Origin: an uncultured virus (IMG/VR IMGVR_UViG_3300000917_000001)
Lineage: Duplodnaviria; Heunggongvirae; Uroviricota; Caudoviricetes
Strand: one strand, 5' to 3'
Length of the DNA: 64,000 bases
Virus record (IMG/VR): IMGVR_UViG_3300000917_000001
The translations under genes were made by a program, and so were the position numbers. Below the pieces are notes generated by a model. It was not told the DNA's origin. It saw only the letters and a list, made by a program, of their open reading frames with translations, and made no database searches. This document shows, one piece after another, positions 27,555 to 37,331 of the stretch. Positions within the stretch are counted from its first letter, which is position 1; every line of letters begins with the position of its first letter.

Positions 27555-28895
27555 CTAAGATCTTTTTATAAAACGATTCTTAAAATTACTTTTATGATGA
27601 GCTATTGGTTTTTCTGGAATTTCTTTTCGTATTCTTTCAAGTCTTTTATCTACAATTTCTCTACTAAGATCATCAATAAAAAATTCAGATTGGATATCTG
27701 TACCTGGGAAATAAGAGAATGTAATACCAAACTCTTCTGGATGATTATACATATAAGAACCAGGAAATACCCTAAATGAAGTTGGCCAAATTGTTAATTT
27801 ATCTCCATATTTTTTACGAAGCCCAATCATAATCTTTAAATCTTTTTCAAATACTTCATCTGTATCTCCTGGTAATCCACAAATTCTTGAACAATAAGCT
27901 TCAACATCATTTTTCATATAAATATCAAGACTCTTTAATGTTTGTTCAACTGTTTGCTTTTTGTTTATTAACTTTAAAACATCATCATTAAAAGAGTCTG
28001 AACCAAATAAAACTCTTTTCAAATTTGAATCTTTTGGTATATCTTCTATCATATGTACTGGGTTAACAAAACTCATCCAATCTTCTACTTTACATCTTTT
28101 CATTATATTAGCTACTTTAGAAAATCTATCTGAAGTAATATTAACATTATCATCATTTAATTCTACATATTTAACTCCTCTTGAAATCATAAGGTCTAAA
28201 TATTCTTCAAATTTTTTTAAGTTGCAATCAACAAACTTTCTATCACTAGCGCAAAAATAACAGTTGTTATTGCATCCATATGAAGTAAGAGTTGATAAAG
28301 TATTATTAGATAATGTTATATCAATCCTATCATGCATTGGCCAAAAATCCGTTACAAATGGTCCTACTATATATCTCTCTGTAGCTTTGTTATGATAAAT
28401 ATTATAAAGTGGTAAACATCCGTCATATTTTACAACAAAATCTGCTATATTTTTTTCAAGAAGAAATTTAGAATATTTATCTCCTAAAGATATATGATAT
28501 CCTCCAAATACGGTTTTTACTTTTGGGTTTCGTTTCTTGACTATCAACGCAAATAAAACAAAGAAGTAATGACTTATTACAGTTGTTGAAAACCCAAAAA
28601 TATCATTATCATTTACTTCTATTGTATTTGCTAGATTTACTATTACATTTGATAGGTCTGACTTGTCTCCTTCTAAATCCCCATTTAAAGATCTCATAAT
28701 AGAGTTATATCTTGGCATATCTTGACATATACCAAATTTTCTAAAACTATTTGGTTCTATATCAGAGTCATTAAACCAAAAATCATATGTAGTAGTTTCT
28801 ATATCTCTATTTTTTAAATATCCTTGTAAAATTCTAATTGGGGAACATCTAGATGATGAAGACATTGTATTATTAATAGCTACTAGATTAATCAT
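27555..28895 (-). CDS. B12-binding-domain radical SAM protein (class B methylase-like)
   Basis: IFGFST, FGGYH, TSYGCNNNCYFC, DDN, GLPGDT. Confidence 0.85.
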   Translation of the reverse strand: MINLVAINNTMSSSSRCSPIRILQGYLKNRDIETTTYDFWFNDSDIEPNSFRKFGICQDMPRYNSIMRSLNGDLEGDKSDLSNVIVNLANTIEVNDNDIFGFSTTVISHYFFVLFALIVKKRNPKVKTVFGGYHISLGDKYSKFLLEKNIADFVVKYDGCLPLYNIYHNKATERYIVGPFVTDFWPMHDRIDITLSNNTLSTLTSYGCNNNCYFCASDRKFVDCNLKKFEEYLDLMISRGVKYVELNDDNVNITSDRFSKVANIMKRCKVEDWMSFVNPVHMIEDIPKDSNLKRVLFGSDSFNDDVLKLINKKQTVEQTLKSLDIYMKNDVEAYCSRICGLPGDTDEVFEKDLKIMIGLRKKYGDKLTIWPTSFRVFPGSYMYNHPEEFGITFSYFPGTDIQSEFFIDDLSREIVDKRLERIRKEIPEKPIAHHKSNFKNRFIKRS

Positions 28896-28898
28896 TTT

Positions 28899-29507
28899 TT
28901 ATCCTTCATATTTAAATGTTAATTTTTCATCTTCAAATTGTTTTCTTTTTCCAATCAAAGTGCTAATTCCAAATTTTTTAATAACGGATTCTAAAACTTC
29001 ATCATATTCATAATGAGGATATGCATAACAACTTGGAAAAATATTAAGATTTTTTGCGAACCATTCTAACATCAACTCTGTGTCTTCAGTCATTTTTTTC
29101 TCTTTTTCTATTTCACCATAATCAGAAATATAATAATGTTTATGACCGTGACCACCAATTTCAATATTCTGCGTTATTAATGTTTCACAAATTACCTTTA
29201 ATTCTTCTATTCTCATATAGTTACTTTTAATTCCATTTGTTTTATATAATTTCATAGATTCAAACGTATCAGGAAAATTAAGATATTCTGGTTTCCTAAT
29301 CTTAAATTGTTCTCTTATTGGCCCAGCGTCTATAAGATCTGTTGATATAAATAGTATTTTTCTTGTTTTTATTGTTCTTAATATTGGCCAATAGTAATAT
29401 TGACTAAATAAACCATCATCAAAAGTTAATGTATAGTTTTCTAGAGGAAAATTAAAAAGCTGTTTCGGAAAATTTATGTCATGAATTGCTAAAGCTTCTT
29501 TTTCCAT
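28899..29507 (-). CDS. Polysaccharide deacetylase family protein
   Basis: LTFDDG, IGGHGHKH, YAYP. Confidence 0.8.
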   Translation of the reverse strand: MEKEALAIHDINFPKQLFNFPLENYTLTFDDGLFSQYYYWPILRTIKTRKILFISTDLIDAGPIREQFKIRKPEYLNFPDTFESMKLYKTNGIKSNYMRIEELKVICETLITQNIEIGGHGHKHYYISDYGEIEKEKKMTEDTELMLEWFAKNLNIFPSCYAYPHYEYDEVLESVIKKFGISTLIGKRKQFEDEKLTFKYEG

Positions 29508-30249
29508 TTAATCTCTTTGCTCCTATAACTTTATATTTACTATGCAAGATCATATTACTTTTTTTTATTACTTTATCCAACTTATCAGAATTATTAAAAA
29601 CAAACTCTTTTACCTTACACATCATATCAAAATGATCTCTACTAACAAAATGATTCTTTGTCGAATTTAAACAACATCTTTCAATAGAAACATTATTATC
29701 AACTCCAAAAAAAGAAAGAATTGTTTTCTGGTTTTCAAAGAAACTATGTAAAGCAACAATAAGAATATTATTTTTTCCAAGAATTTTTTCTACATTCTCT
29801 ATATGAGTATGTTGATTAACAGTTTCCAAAATATGAAAATATAAGTTATCAAAATTTATACTATAATCTTCATTTAAGAATTCTGGTCTTGGAATAAAAT
29901 TATTAAAAAAAGCAGCTGTGTATGACGATATTTGAGATAAAATCATTTGTTTAAGATCTCTAATTCTAAAAACACAACAAATTCTGTTAATGTCTTTTAC
30001 TGTCATTAAAAACTTAATATAATCAGTAGTAGGAGTAATACTACCATCTAAAAGAACTTTTGTTTTTTCTGTTATTTTATAATAATGTGAAATATAATTG
30101 TCACTTGTTGGGACAAAAATTCTATATGAAAAAAGAGTTGCTGGTTCTTTTTCAGAAGATCTTTCTATTTCTGGATGAAAACCAAATGCATGCCAAAAAG
30201 AAAAACTACCTGTTCCTGGTAAACCAGATAAAACAAGAGTATAACTCAT
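29479..30249 (-). CDS. Sulfotransferase-family protein (degenerate PAPS-binding loop)
   Basis: GLPGTGSFS, KEP, IRDL; paralog of the neighbouring gene. Confidence 0.65.
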   Translation of the reverse strand: MSYTLVLSGLPGTGSFSFWHAFGFHPEIERSSEKEPATLFSYRIFVPTSDNYISHYYKITEKTKVLLDGSITPTTDYIKFLMTVKDINRICCVFRIRDLKQMILSQISSYTAAFFNNFIPRPEFLNEDYSINFDNLYFHILETVNQHTHIENVEKILGKNNILIVALHSFFENQKTILSFFGVDNNVSIERCCLNSTKNHFVSRDHFDMMCKVKEFVFNNSDKLDKVIKKSNMILHSKYKVIGAKRLNGKRSFSNS

Positions 30250-30980
30250 TAATAAGCTCCTTCTAGGTAATTTTCTTGAATAAAATTTCTAGATTTTTTT
30301 GAGATTTCTTCTAATTCTATTTTGTTTTCTTTAACCCATTCTTTTATTTTAAGAAAAATTTGTAGTTGTTTTAAACTAGGAATTAGGTCAACTGTTTTAT
30401 TTAATTTTCTTTCTTCAACCTTTAGATTATTTTTAATACCCAACGAAGAAAAAATTCTTTGTTGATCTATAAAAATTTTATTTACAGAGACGAAAAAAAT
30501 ATTTTCTAAACCAATAATTTCTTCTAAATTTTTGATAATTTTTGGTTCATCTAACATATAACAAAAAAATACATTTAAATGATATTCGTTTATTGTTAGA
30601 TCGTTGTTTAAAAAAATTGGTCTTGGTAAGTTACCCCTAAAGTAATTTCTTAAAAAGTTGTTTACTTGGGATAAAGTTCTTTCAATCGGGTCTCTAACTG
30701 TATAAATACAACAAAATCTTTCAATATCAGGAAGTTGTTTAACTTTTTTAATAAGTTCTTTTTTGAAAGTTATTATATTTGTTGATCCATCAAGAAGAAC
30801 TTTTGTATTATCTTTTATAATATAGTTGTAATAAATATACTTATCTAGAATGTTTTCATTCCATGTTTGTAATGGTTCTTTTCTTCTTGACCTTGTAATT
30901 TGCGGATGTTCGCCATATGTTCTCCACAAACTTGTAGTTCCTGTTCGTGGTAATCCAGTAATAACGAAAGTATATTTCAT
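30249..30980 (-). CDS. Sulfotransferase-family protein
   Basis: GLPRTGTTSL (5'-PSB loop), KEP, VRDPIERTLS (3'-PB). Confidence 0.8.
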   Translation of the reverse strand: MKYTFVITGLPRTGTTSLWRTYGEHPQITRSRRKEPLQTWNENILDKYIYYNYIIKDNTKVLLDGSTNIITFKKELIKKVKQLPDIERFCCIYTVRDPIERTLSQVNNFLRNYFRGNLPRPIFLNNDLTINEYHLNVFFCYMLDEPKIIKNLEEIIGLENIFFVSVNKIFIDQQRIFSSLGIKNNLKVEERKLNKTVDLIPSLKQLQIFLKIKEWVKENKIELEEISKKSRNFIQENYLEGAY

Positions 30981-31786
30981 ATAAATAGTTTAACTACCTC
31001 ATCATCTTTCGATAGTGTTCTCTTATCTAATCCTGTTTCTAATAAGTCATTATATCTATAATAACTTCCATCTTTTATTCCGTAATTATTAAAATACATA
31101 ATTTCTTTGTTATAGAAAAAACATTCATGAAATAAACGTGGGTGAGGATCAAACCATTTATTTGCATGATAGTATAAGTATACATCAAATTGTTCAAACA
31201 TATTACTCATGTGTAATCTTTCTTTATACACAATTGGTTTGTTTGGAAGTTTTATTTTTTCTAAAAATGAATAGTCCATATTGAATGGAGAATTAACATA
31301 AATTCCTTCTTTAACATTTTTTATTGGTTTAAATCTATTAAAGAGAAATTTCATTCTATATTCTTTATCTTTATATTCAAATGGCATTTCAGAATAGTAA
31401 GTAACTTTATAAAGGTTTTTACTATAAGTATGATCTCTTTCGTTTGTAAAGCTTTCTGAAATGACTATCACCTCATCTGCTTTTAGAATTCCTCTGGTTT
31501 TATTAACAGTTACAAAATCAACAACAAGAACTTTTCCTAATCGAAATCTAAGAAAGTCTCCTAAAGGAATTCTAATTATATTTTGTTCAAAATTCTCAAT
31601 ATTTGTTAAATCGTAACGATCATTTATTATGTATATAAATCTATCGTATGTTTTTTGGTCACAATTTAATAGAAAAAATTTAAACTCTTTATTTAACTCA
31701 TATATTTGAAGGAAATATTCAAATGTATCTATTAAAGCTCCTGTAATTATTTCTCTTCCCAAACAGTAAGAGAGAATACCATCCAT
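30977..31786 (-). CDS. Putative GT-B-like glycosyltransferase
   Basis: TGALIDTFEY, FDPHPRLFHECFFYNKEI, DGSYYRY shared with 26586-27545. Confidence 0.45.
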   Translation of the reverse strand: MDGILSYCLGREIITGALIDTFEYFLQIYELNKEFKFFLLNCDQKTYDRFIYIINDRYDLTNIENFEQNIIRIPLGDFLRFRLGKVLVVDFVTVNKTRGILKADEVIVISESFTNERDHTYSKNLYKVTYYSEMPFEYKDKEYRMKFLFNRFKPIKNVKEGIYVNSPFNMDYSFLEKIKLPNKPIVYKERLHMSNMFEQFDVYLYYHANKWFDPHPRLFHECFFYNKEIMYFNNYGIKDGSYYRYNDLLETGLDKRTLSKDDEVVKLFI

Positions 31787-32427
31787 TATGATTCTCCATC
31801 AACTATCTCTGTTACTCTTGGTGGTCTATTTGGATTTATTGTTTTTAAAGCAGCATTAAGTTCATCGTCATTTCTTGCTTGAGAAATTGTATCTTTAGAT
31901 TGAGTTAATTCTTTATATCTAGTGTACACTTTATCTGTTTTATCTTTGATTTCTAAATATTTTTCTAACAGTGTTATAAGTTTTTCGTCTGTTGAACTAA
32001 CAATTTCTAAATATTTTTCTTCTCTATTGGTATCGTTAATTATTATTCCTTTCTCTGCAAAAGATGTAATAATTACAAAATATTCAAACAATTCTATAGC
32101 AGATATTACGGTTAGCTCATAACTAATTCTTGCACTTACGTCTGTTAAACACCTTAATTTTCGTAATTCAAATGTCGAATCCTTTTTTGAAGTAAACATA
32201 TCTAACGTAACTTCTGGAAATGGAGTATGAGGATCTTTCGGAATTATATCTTTAGGAATTAAAAGAATCTCTTTATTTATTAGTCTTTTTATTTGAATTG
32301 CGTCGCTTGCCGATACTGCAACGAAAAACTTTCCAGGTAGTCTTCCAACATCTTCATAGAAAAACACATTCACAGCTTGTAAACTTTCGGCGTTAAAGGT
32401 TCTAAGTTCAATAATAAATTCTCTCAT
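31786..32427 (-). CDS. Hypothetical protein (possible accessory/chaperone of the Cys-rich target)
   Basis: Lies directly after the Cys-rich gene; helical. Confidence 0.6.
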   Translation of the reverse strand: MREFIIELRTFNAESLQAVNVFFYEDVGRLPGKFFVAVSASDAIQIKRLINKEILLIPKDIIPKDPHTPFPEVTLDMFTSKKDSTFELRKLRCLTDVSARISYELTVISAIELFEYFVIITSFAEKGIIINDTNREEKYLEIVSSTDEKLITLLEKYLEIKDKTDKVYTRYKELTQSKDTISQARNDDELNAALKTINPNRPPRVTEIVDGES

Positions 32428-32444
32428 TTCAATCTCCTTTAGTA

Positions 32445-32975
32445 TTAATAGTAGTAATAACTATAAGCTGGGCATTCACCATTACAACCACAGTTAAAAT
32501 TGCAAGTACATTGCATATCACAGATACAGTTATATTCTGTTTGGTTTATAGCGTCTCTTATTTCATCAATATCTACTTTGTAAATAACTTTTCCAATATA
32601 AATGTCTGCCGTAGAATCACTTCCAAATGGAGTAGTATCGTTTGCATCTTGAACATTTGTAAAATGAACAGCTCTAATAAGATTACCAACTCCTCTAGAT
32701 CCACTAAATGTATATGAATCTGAACAGTTATTTGGACAAGCAGGAGAACCATCCATTGGACACATAATTGGATTAAATACATCTCTTCTAACTGGATGAG
32801 TTCTTTCAGAATTAATTGTGGTTTCTAATTCAGCTAAATGACTAGCTTTTACTAACGTTACAAATGCTATAAGAGTTTCTATCCATGAGCTAATATTTGC
32901 TGGACAAACAGGTCTATAACCGTCACAGTCTTGATTCGCTGGGCACATATTGTCAAGAGGACATACAAAAGGCAT
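32445..32975 (-). CDS. Cys-rich virion-like protein, candidate radical SAM substrate
   Basis: VKASHLAEL..IN and IRAVH / EIRDAIN repeats; C-terminus CICDMQCTCNFNCGCNGECPAYSYYYY. Confidence 0.75.
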   Translation of the reverse strand: MPFVCPLDNMCPANQDCDGYRPVCPANISSWIETLIAFVTLVKASHLAELETTINSERTHPVRRDVFNPIMCPMDGSPACPNNCSDSYTFSGSRGVGNLIRAVHFTNVQDANDTTPFGSDSTADIYIGKVIYKVDIDEIRDAINQTEYNCICDMQCTCNFNCGCNGECPAYSYYYY

Positions 32976-34104
32976 TATTTTTTTCCTCCTTAATTAGTTC
33001 AATAAGAGCCCTTCCAATTCGCCCAGATAGTTTATAATATTTACATAGCTCTTTTTGATCTGTATAATCATTCCATCTATCTAAAAATATCTTCTTATTA
33101 CTTAATTCATATTTCTTTACATTGCACCTTAAACAAAGCATAGCAACACAGTTTTCACAATCTTCAATAAAAAATGTATTTACTTCTTTAAACTTTTCTT
33201 TTAAATCGTCCAGAAATTCAGGTCTAAAAATAGACGAATAAGCAAATTCTGGTTTATTACTTGAATATAAACATCCATGACAAAGATAAATTAAACCATC
33301 AATATCTATAGTCATTGATTGTTTTCCTGCTGAACAAAAAGCTTTTTTCATTTCAAAAATACTTGAAAGAAATGTTTTATTCTCTTTATAAAATTCTTTT
33401 TCTTTTTTTGCAACTTCCAATAAAGCTTTTTCTAAATCATCATAATATTTTTCAATTTCAATATTATGATAGTCAATGGTTAAAGCATATTTAATACTTT
33501 TACCATAAGTTTTGTATAAATTATAAAAATCATCCCAAATTTCTGGTAAATATTTAAAATTTTTATGTTCAAGAGTTGCCTTTAAAGAAAAATCAAGTTC
33601 ATTTCCTTTTAATATTTCTAAAGCTTCTCTTACAATTTGTGATGCGACTCTTCCATTTTTAGGAATTCTTGTTACATCATTAACTGGGTTTCCATCATAT
33701 GAAACTTGAGTTATAAATTTTGGTTCACCACCAACTTTTTTTCCTTTACACTTAAGTAAACTTGGTAACATTTCTTTTATCATAGTCCCATTTGTATAAA
33801 TATAAAATGAAACCCTCTCATTTTTTTCAAATTCACCAACAACATCATGAAACATATTTATATTTAATGAAGGTTCTCCACCCCAGAAAGCAATTTGAAA
33901 ATTCTCAAATTTATTATTAAACCATTCGTCATTAAATATTCTATTTATTTGGTTTTTAACAAAGTCTAAATTCTTGTAAACTAAGTTTTCTTCTGGAGTT
34001 ATTTTATCATTTTCAAAACAATATTTACATCTAAAATTACAAGCTTGTGTGGTTGTAAGTTCAACAATATATCTAGGTAATTTAACCTTTGAGCTGTTGC
34101 TCAT
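32953..34104 (-). CDS. Radical SAM/SPASM peptide-maturase-like protein (anSME/CteB-like)
   Basis: TTQACNFRCKYCFE, FWGGEPSLN, SYDG, CSAG..IDIDG.IYLCH, CENC..LC..C..C. Confidence 0.9.
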   Translation of the reverse strand: MSNSSKVKLPRYIVELTTTQACNFRCKYCFENDKITPEENLVYKNLDFVKNQINRIFNDEWFNNKFENFQIAFWGGEPSLNINMFHDVVGEFEKNERVSFYIYTNGTMIKEMLPSLLKCKGKKVGGEPKFITQVSYDGNPVNDVTRIPKNGRVASQIVREALEILKGNELDFSLKATLEHKNFKYLPEIWDDFYNLYKTYGKSIKYALTIDYHNIEIEKYYDDLEKALLEVAKKEKEFYKENKTFLSSIFEMKKAFCSAGKQSMTIDIDGLIYLCHGCLYSSNKPEFAYSSIFRPEFLDDLKEKFKEVNTFFIEDCENCVAMLCLRCNVKKYELSNKKIFLDRWNDYTDQKELCKYYKLSGRIGRALIELIKEEKNNAFCMSS

Positions 34105-34270
34105 ATTTTTCTATTTCTCCAATTTCTTTTTCGTCAACAACTATTCTCTGAGTTATTAACGTTGCAATATCTAGAATCTGTTCTTTTATATCGGTATCAA
34201 AAGGAAGTAAAATTCTTCCAGCGTCAACCAATCTTTTAGCACATTCATATAACCTAGCATTTCTTTCCAT
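34082..34270 (-). CDS. Small hypothetical protein
   Basis: Coupled between the tail-like gene and the rSAM. Confidence 0.65.
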   Translation of the reverse strand: MERNARLYECAKRLVDAGRILLPFDTDIKEQILDIATLITQRIVVDEKEIGEIEKYEQQLKG

Positions 34271-34458
34271 TACGAATATACCGCTGGTCCTGGATTATCT
34301 GCGTCAGATATTGCTACCCAATGAGAATCATCTGCATAATAAACTATTTTATTTACGTTATCGTAATATAATCTACCTTCATCAGAAGCTCCCCACCCTG
34401 GTAGTGCTCCTCTATTCATATAAAATTTTCCTTGCACATCTACTTTATAAAACTTCAT
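34270..34458 (-). CDS. Small virion-like protein (DEGRLYY...W module)
   Basis: Module shared with 41098-41970; GGAGG SD before ATG 34458. Confidence 0.6.
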   Translation of the reverse strand: MKFYKVDVQGKFYMNRGALPGWGASDEGRLYYDNVNKIVYYADDSHWVAISDADNPGPAVYS

Positions 34459-34972
34459 CTTGTTTTTCCTCCGGTTTGACAATAATAAGGTTATCAAATA
34501 TCTTATGATGTTTCATATTTAGAATAGTTTTTAATTCTTCAAATTTTTCAAATTGTTTTTTCAAAAGCACAGTATAATCTTTATTTTTTCCGACTACTTT
34601 TTGCGCCCTTTCTAAACAAACTTCATATGGAGTATCTAAAAGAACTCCTTCAAGAAAATATTTATATTCACTTGCTAATTTTCTCCATATCATCAAAGAT
34701 TCTATATCCAAATTTTGCTCGTCAGTAACTATACTTAATTCATTTAACATGAAAGATCTACACATAACCGACATTATAAAATAAGACATATCGTGAGGTA
34801 ATGATTTATCTTCTTCTAATAGTGCTCGTTTAACATAATATTCTGAAATTAGTTGTAACTTTCCTAAATATCTATTAACATATGTTGTTTTTCCAGACAT
34901 TGTTGGCCCAATCATTAAGACCAAATTTCTATGTGTTCCATACTCTTCACATACTGGCAGTTTAGTTTTCAT
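34445..34972 (-). CDS. P-loop kinase (AAA_33 / polynucleotide-kinase-like)
   Basis: LMIGPTMSGKTT, DTPYEVCLERA. Confidence 0.8.
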   Translation of the reverse strand: MKTKLPVCEEYGTHRNLVLMIGPTMSGKTTYVNRYLGKLQLISEYYVKRALLEEDKSLPHDMSYFIMSVMCRSFMLNELSIVTDEQNLDIESLMIWRKLASEYKYFLEGVLLDTPYEVCLERAQKVVGKNKDYTVLLKKQFEKFEELKTILNMKHHKIFDNLIIVKPEEKQDEVL

Positions 34973-35048
34973 TTTTCTTTCCTTTCTTATACTGTAAATA
35001 ACCTTGAGATTGGTTATCGGTAATAGAGTATCCCGTCAGTTAAAAGAA

Positions 35049-35615
35049 TTAGTGAACTGATCTTTTTACTGGTTCCTGTACATCATCATATAGAATAAGT
35101 AGTGCTCTATGTAATAATGGAGGAATACCATCTTGTTCATGCTTTGAACTAATCTTATAAATAGTAACTGATATTTTCTCTTCACTATCAAGAAACTCTT
35201 GAATTTCTTTATTTCTTTTTTCTCTTTTTTCTAAAGTTTCTTTATATTTTTCCTCTAAAATTTTATATTGTTTATTCCATTCTTCTAAATTTGTAACAGG
35301 AATAGAATATGTAATTTGACCATTAACCATTTGTGTTACAGGATTTCCTTTATCATCCTTATTTGCTAATTCTCTAAGAATTTTTTGTCTTTCCTGTTCA
35401 AATTCATCAAATTGCTTATCAGGTTCAAATTGAATAAACTTTTGTAGTAATTTTACATCATCTGATAATAACTTTTCGTTTTTTGCTAAAGCAATTGAAT
35501 ACGAGGCATTAATTTTATACTTCTCTTGAAATTCTTTACTATCCATTATAGCCATAGCAGAATTTATACTCTGATATAAGGATAGAACTTCTACTCTCTT
35601 TAATTCTTGCTGCAT
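35049..35615 (-). CDS. Hypothetical phage protein
   Basis: 188 aa; KDDKGNP motif. Confidence 0.75.
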   Translation of the reverse strand: MQQELKRVEVLSLYQSINSAMAIMDSKEFQEKYKINASYSIALAKNEKLLSDDVKLLQKFIQFEPDKQFDEFEQERQKILRELANKDDKGNPVTQMVNGQITYSIPVTNLEEWNKQYKILEEKYKETLEKREKRNKEIQEFLDSEEKISVTIYKISSKHEQDGIPPLLHRALLILYDDVQEPVKRSVH

Positions 35616-35645
35616 ACACTTTTCCTTTCACATTTTATATTTGTT

Positions 35646-36278
35646 CTAAACAAATTTTCTTTTTACTTTTACCAGTTCATAAATTTTTTTATATAAATCT
35701 TCTGGTTCTTCAATATTTAACTTATGTTCTCCATTATTATGCTTTCTCCAATAGTACCCAACTTCAGGAATTATTTTCCAATTTCCATATTGGGATAGAA
35801 GAAGTTCTCGTTGATGATCACTATATCTTATAGGAGATATTAAGTCATTATTTTCTGAACAAACTTTCTGGATAAATTCAGTTCGTACGACAGTTAATTG
35901 ATGAATAAGAAATATCTGTTTAAAATGTTTATCAAAAGACCAGTTAATATCTGTAGTAATAATTCTTGTCATATTACTTGATTCTGGTCTAATGAGATAA
36001 CTCCTAGTAGAAACTCCACATATACTAGGATCCATTTCTAAATGATTAACACATATATCAAAAATAGGAATATCTATGACGACGTAATCATCAATATCAA
36101 CAAAAGATACGTATCTGGATGTTGCTTTCTCAAAGCTTAACTTTCTAGATAGTCTAGTGTTACCAGATATAGCGTCAGAATGTATAATATTGATATTATG
36201 TTTTGATAGAGTTTCAAAACATTGTTTTTCCCAAACTTTATTATCATTTTTTCCGTGTAGAACAATCACATCAATCAT
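35646..36278 (-). CDS. Glycosyltransferase family 2
   Basis: R....E.A...YVSFVDIDD, YYWRKH. Confidence 0.8.
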   Translation of the reverse strand: MIDVIVLHGKNDNKVWEKQCFETLSKHNINIIHSDAISGNTRLSRKLSFEKATSRYVSFVDIDDYVVIDIPIFDICVNHLEMDPSICGVSTRSYLIRPESSNMTRIITTDINWSFDKHFKQIFLIHQLTVVRTEFIQKVCSENNDLISPIRYSDHQRELLLSQYGNWKIIPEVGYYWRKHNNGEHKLNIEEPEDLYKKIYELVKVKRKFV

Positions 36279-36325
36279 ACAGTTGTAATTCCAAATTCGC
36301 CAAACTTGGCTCGTAGTTTAGATGG

Positions 36326-36604
36326 TCAAGGTTTTTCTTCTATTTTCCCATAATAAGCTTCTTTTAATTCTTTTTTTCTTAATTCTCGTTCTTCTTTAGT
36401 TGTTTTTTTTGCTCCCTTTGGTTTTTTTCTTGATATTCTATTTCCACTAATAACAAATTTTTTTAGAAATAATTGTAAATCTGTTATAGTTTTTTTATTT
36501 AGTTTTAGGTGTTTTTCAATATTAGAACATGTTTGTAGATCTTTAAAAGTAAAAGTTGAAATTAGTGATAGCATTCTAAATTCGTCTTCTGTTAATTCTG
36601 CCAT
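36326..36604 (-). CDS. Basic hypothetical protein
   Basis: AAGGA SD before MAELTEDE. Confidence 0.65.
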   Translation of the reverse strand: MAELTEDEFRMLSLISTFTFKDLQTCSNIEKHLKLNKKTITDLQLFLKKFVISGNRISRKKPKGAKKTTKEERELRKKELKEAYYGKIEEKP

Positions 36605-36617
36605 TCTATTTTCCTTT

Positions 36618-37331
36618 CTATGGGCATGCCCATAATTCATAACCTAAAGAGACAGGAATACAAGTGTTTCCCCCATGTGTGCATGAAGATCCTGGGCATG
36701 CACAATCATATATTGTTGGGCATTGTGGTGGTATTGGAGCTCCCATTCCTACACATGAGCCAAAAGTTCCCCAAAAACATCCTGTTGATGTTCTGCATTG
36801 ATATCCAAAAGCTTTCCATCGTCTATTGTCATATCCAACTGCACCATAATAATATTGCTGTACTTGACCACAATCTATGCAAGTAGGATTATCATCGTAA
36901 CCACATCCATCTGTACCATAGGTACATTGCTCACTCCAAACTCCTCCTGTATTTCTGAAAACTTTTGTAAGCGAACTGGAAAGATTATCTGTAACAGTAA
37001 TAGTTACTGTTGCTGAATACTGAAACCCACAAGTACCAGCAACTGAATTTAAGCCATTAGTTAACCCCAAAGTTACTGCATTATCTAACGTATAACCAGT
37101 ACCAGAATCAATAGACCAAGAATATGGTTCTTCACCACCTTGAACTTCTATTGTTATATCTCCACCAGGAGCTATAGTATCTGGAGTTGTTCCTATATTC
37201 CATTCAAAAGGTGGGGGAGGACCGTGAGGAAATGTTACGTAAGATATTTTATCAATATTGTCTACAAGAATAAAATTTATTGAAGCAATATCGTCAATTT
37301 CAATATTACTAATTTTATCTATTTCTGACAT
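36618..37331 (-). CDS. Putative tail/virion protein: Ig-like domain plus Cys-rich C-terminus
   Basis: GGEEPYSWS...TITVTD Ig-like pattern; about 12 Cys in the last 105 aa. Confidence 0.7.
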   Translation of the reverse strand: MSEIDKISNIEIDDIASINFILVDNIDKISYVTFPHGPPPPFEWNIGTTPDTIAPGGDITIEVQGGEEPYSWSIDSGTGYTLDNAVTLGLTNGLNSVAGTCGFQYSATVTITVTDNLSSSLTKVFRNTGGVWSEQCTYGTDGCGYDDNPTCIDCGQVQQYYYGAVGYDNRRWKAFGYQCRTSTGCFWGTFGSCVGMGAPIPPQCPTIYDCACPGSSCTHGGNTCIPVSLGYELWACP

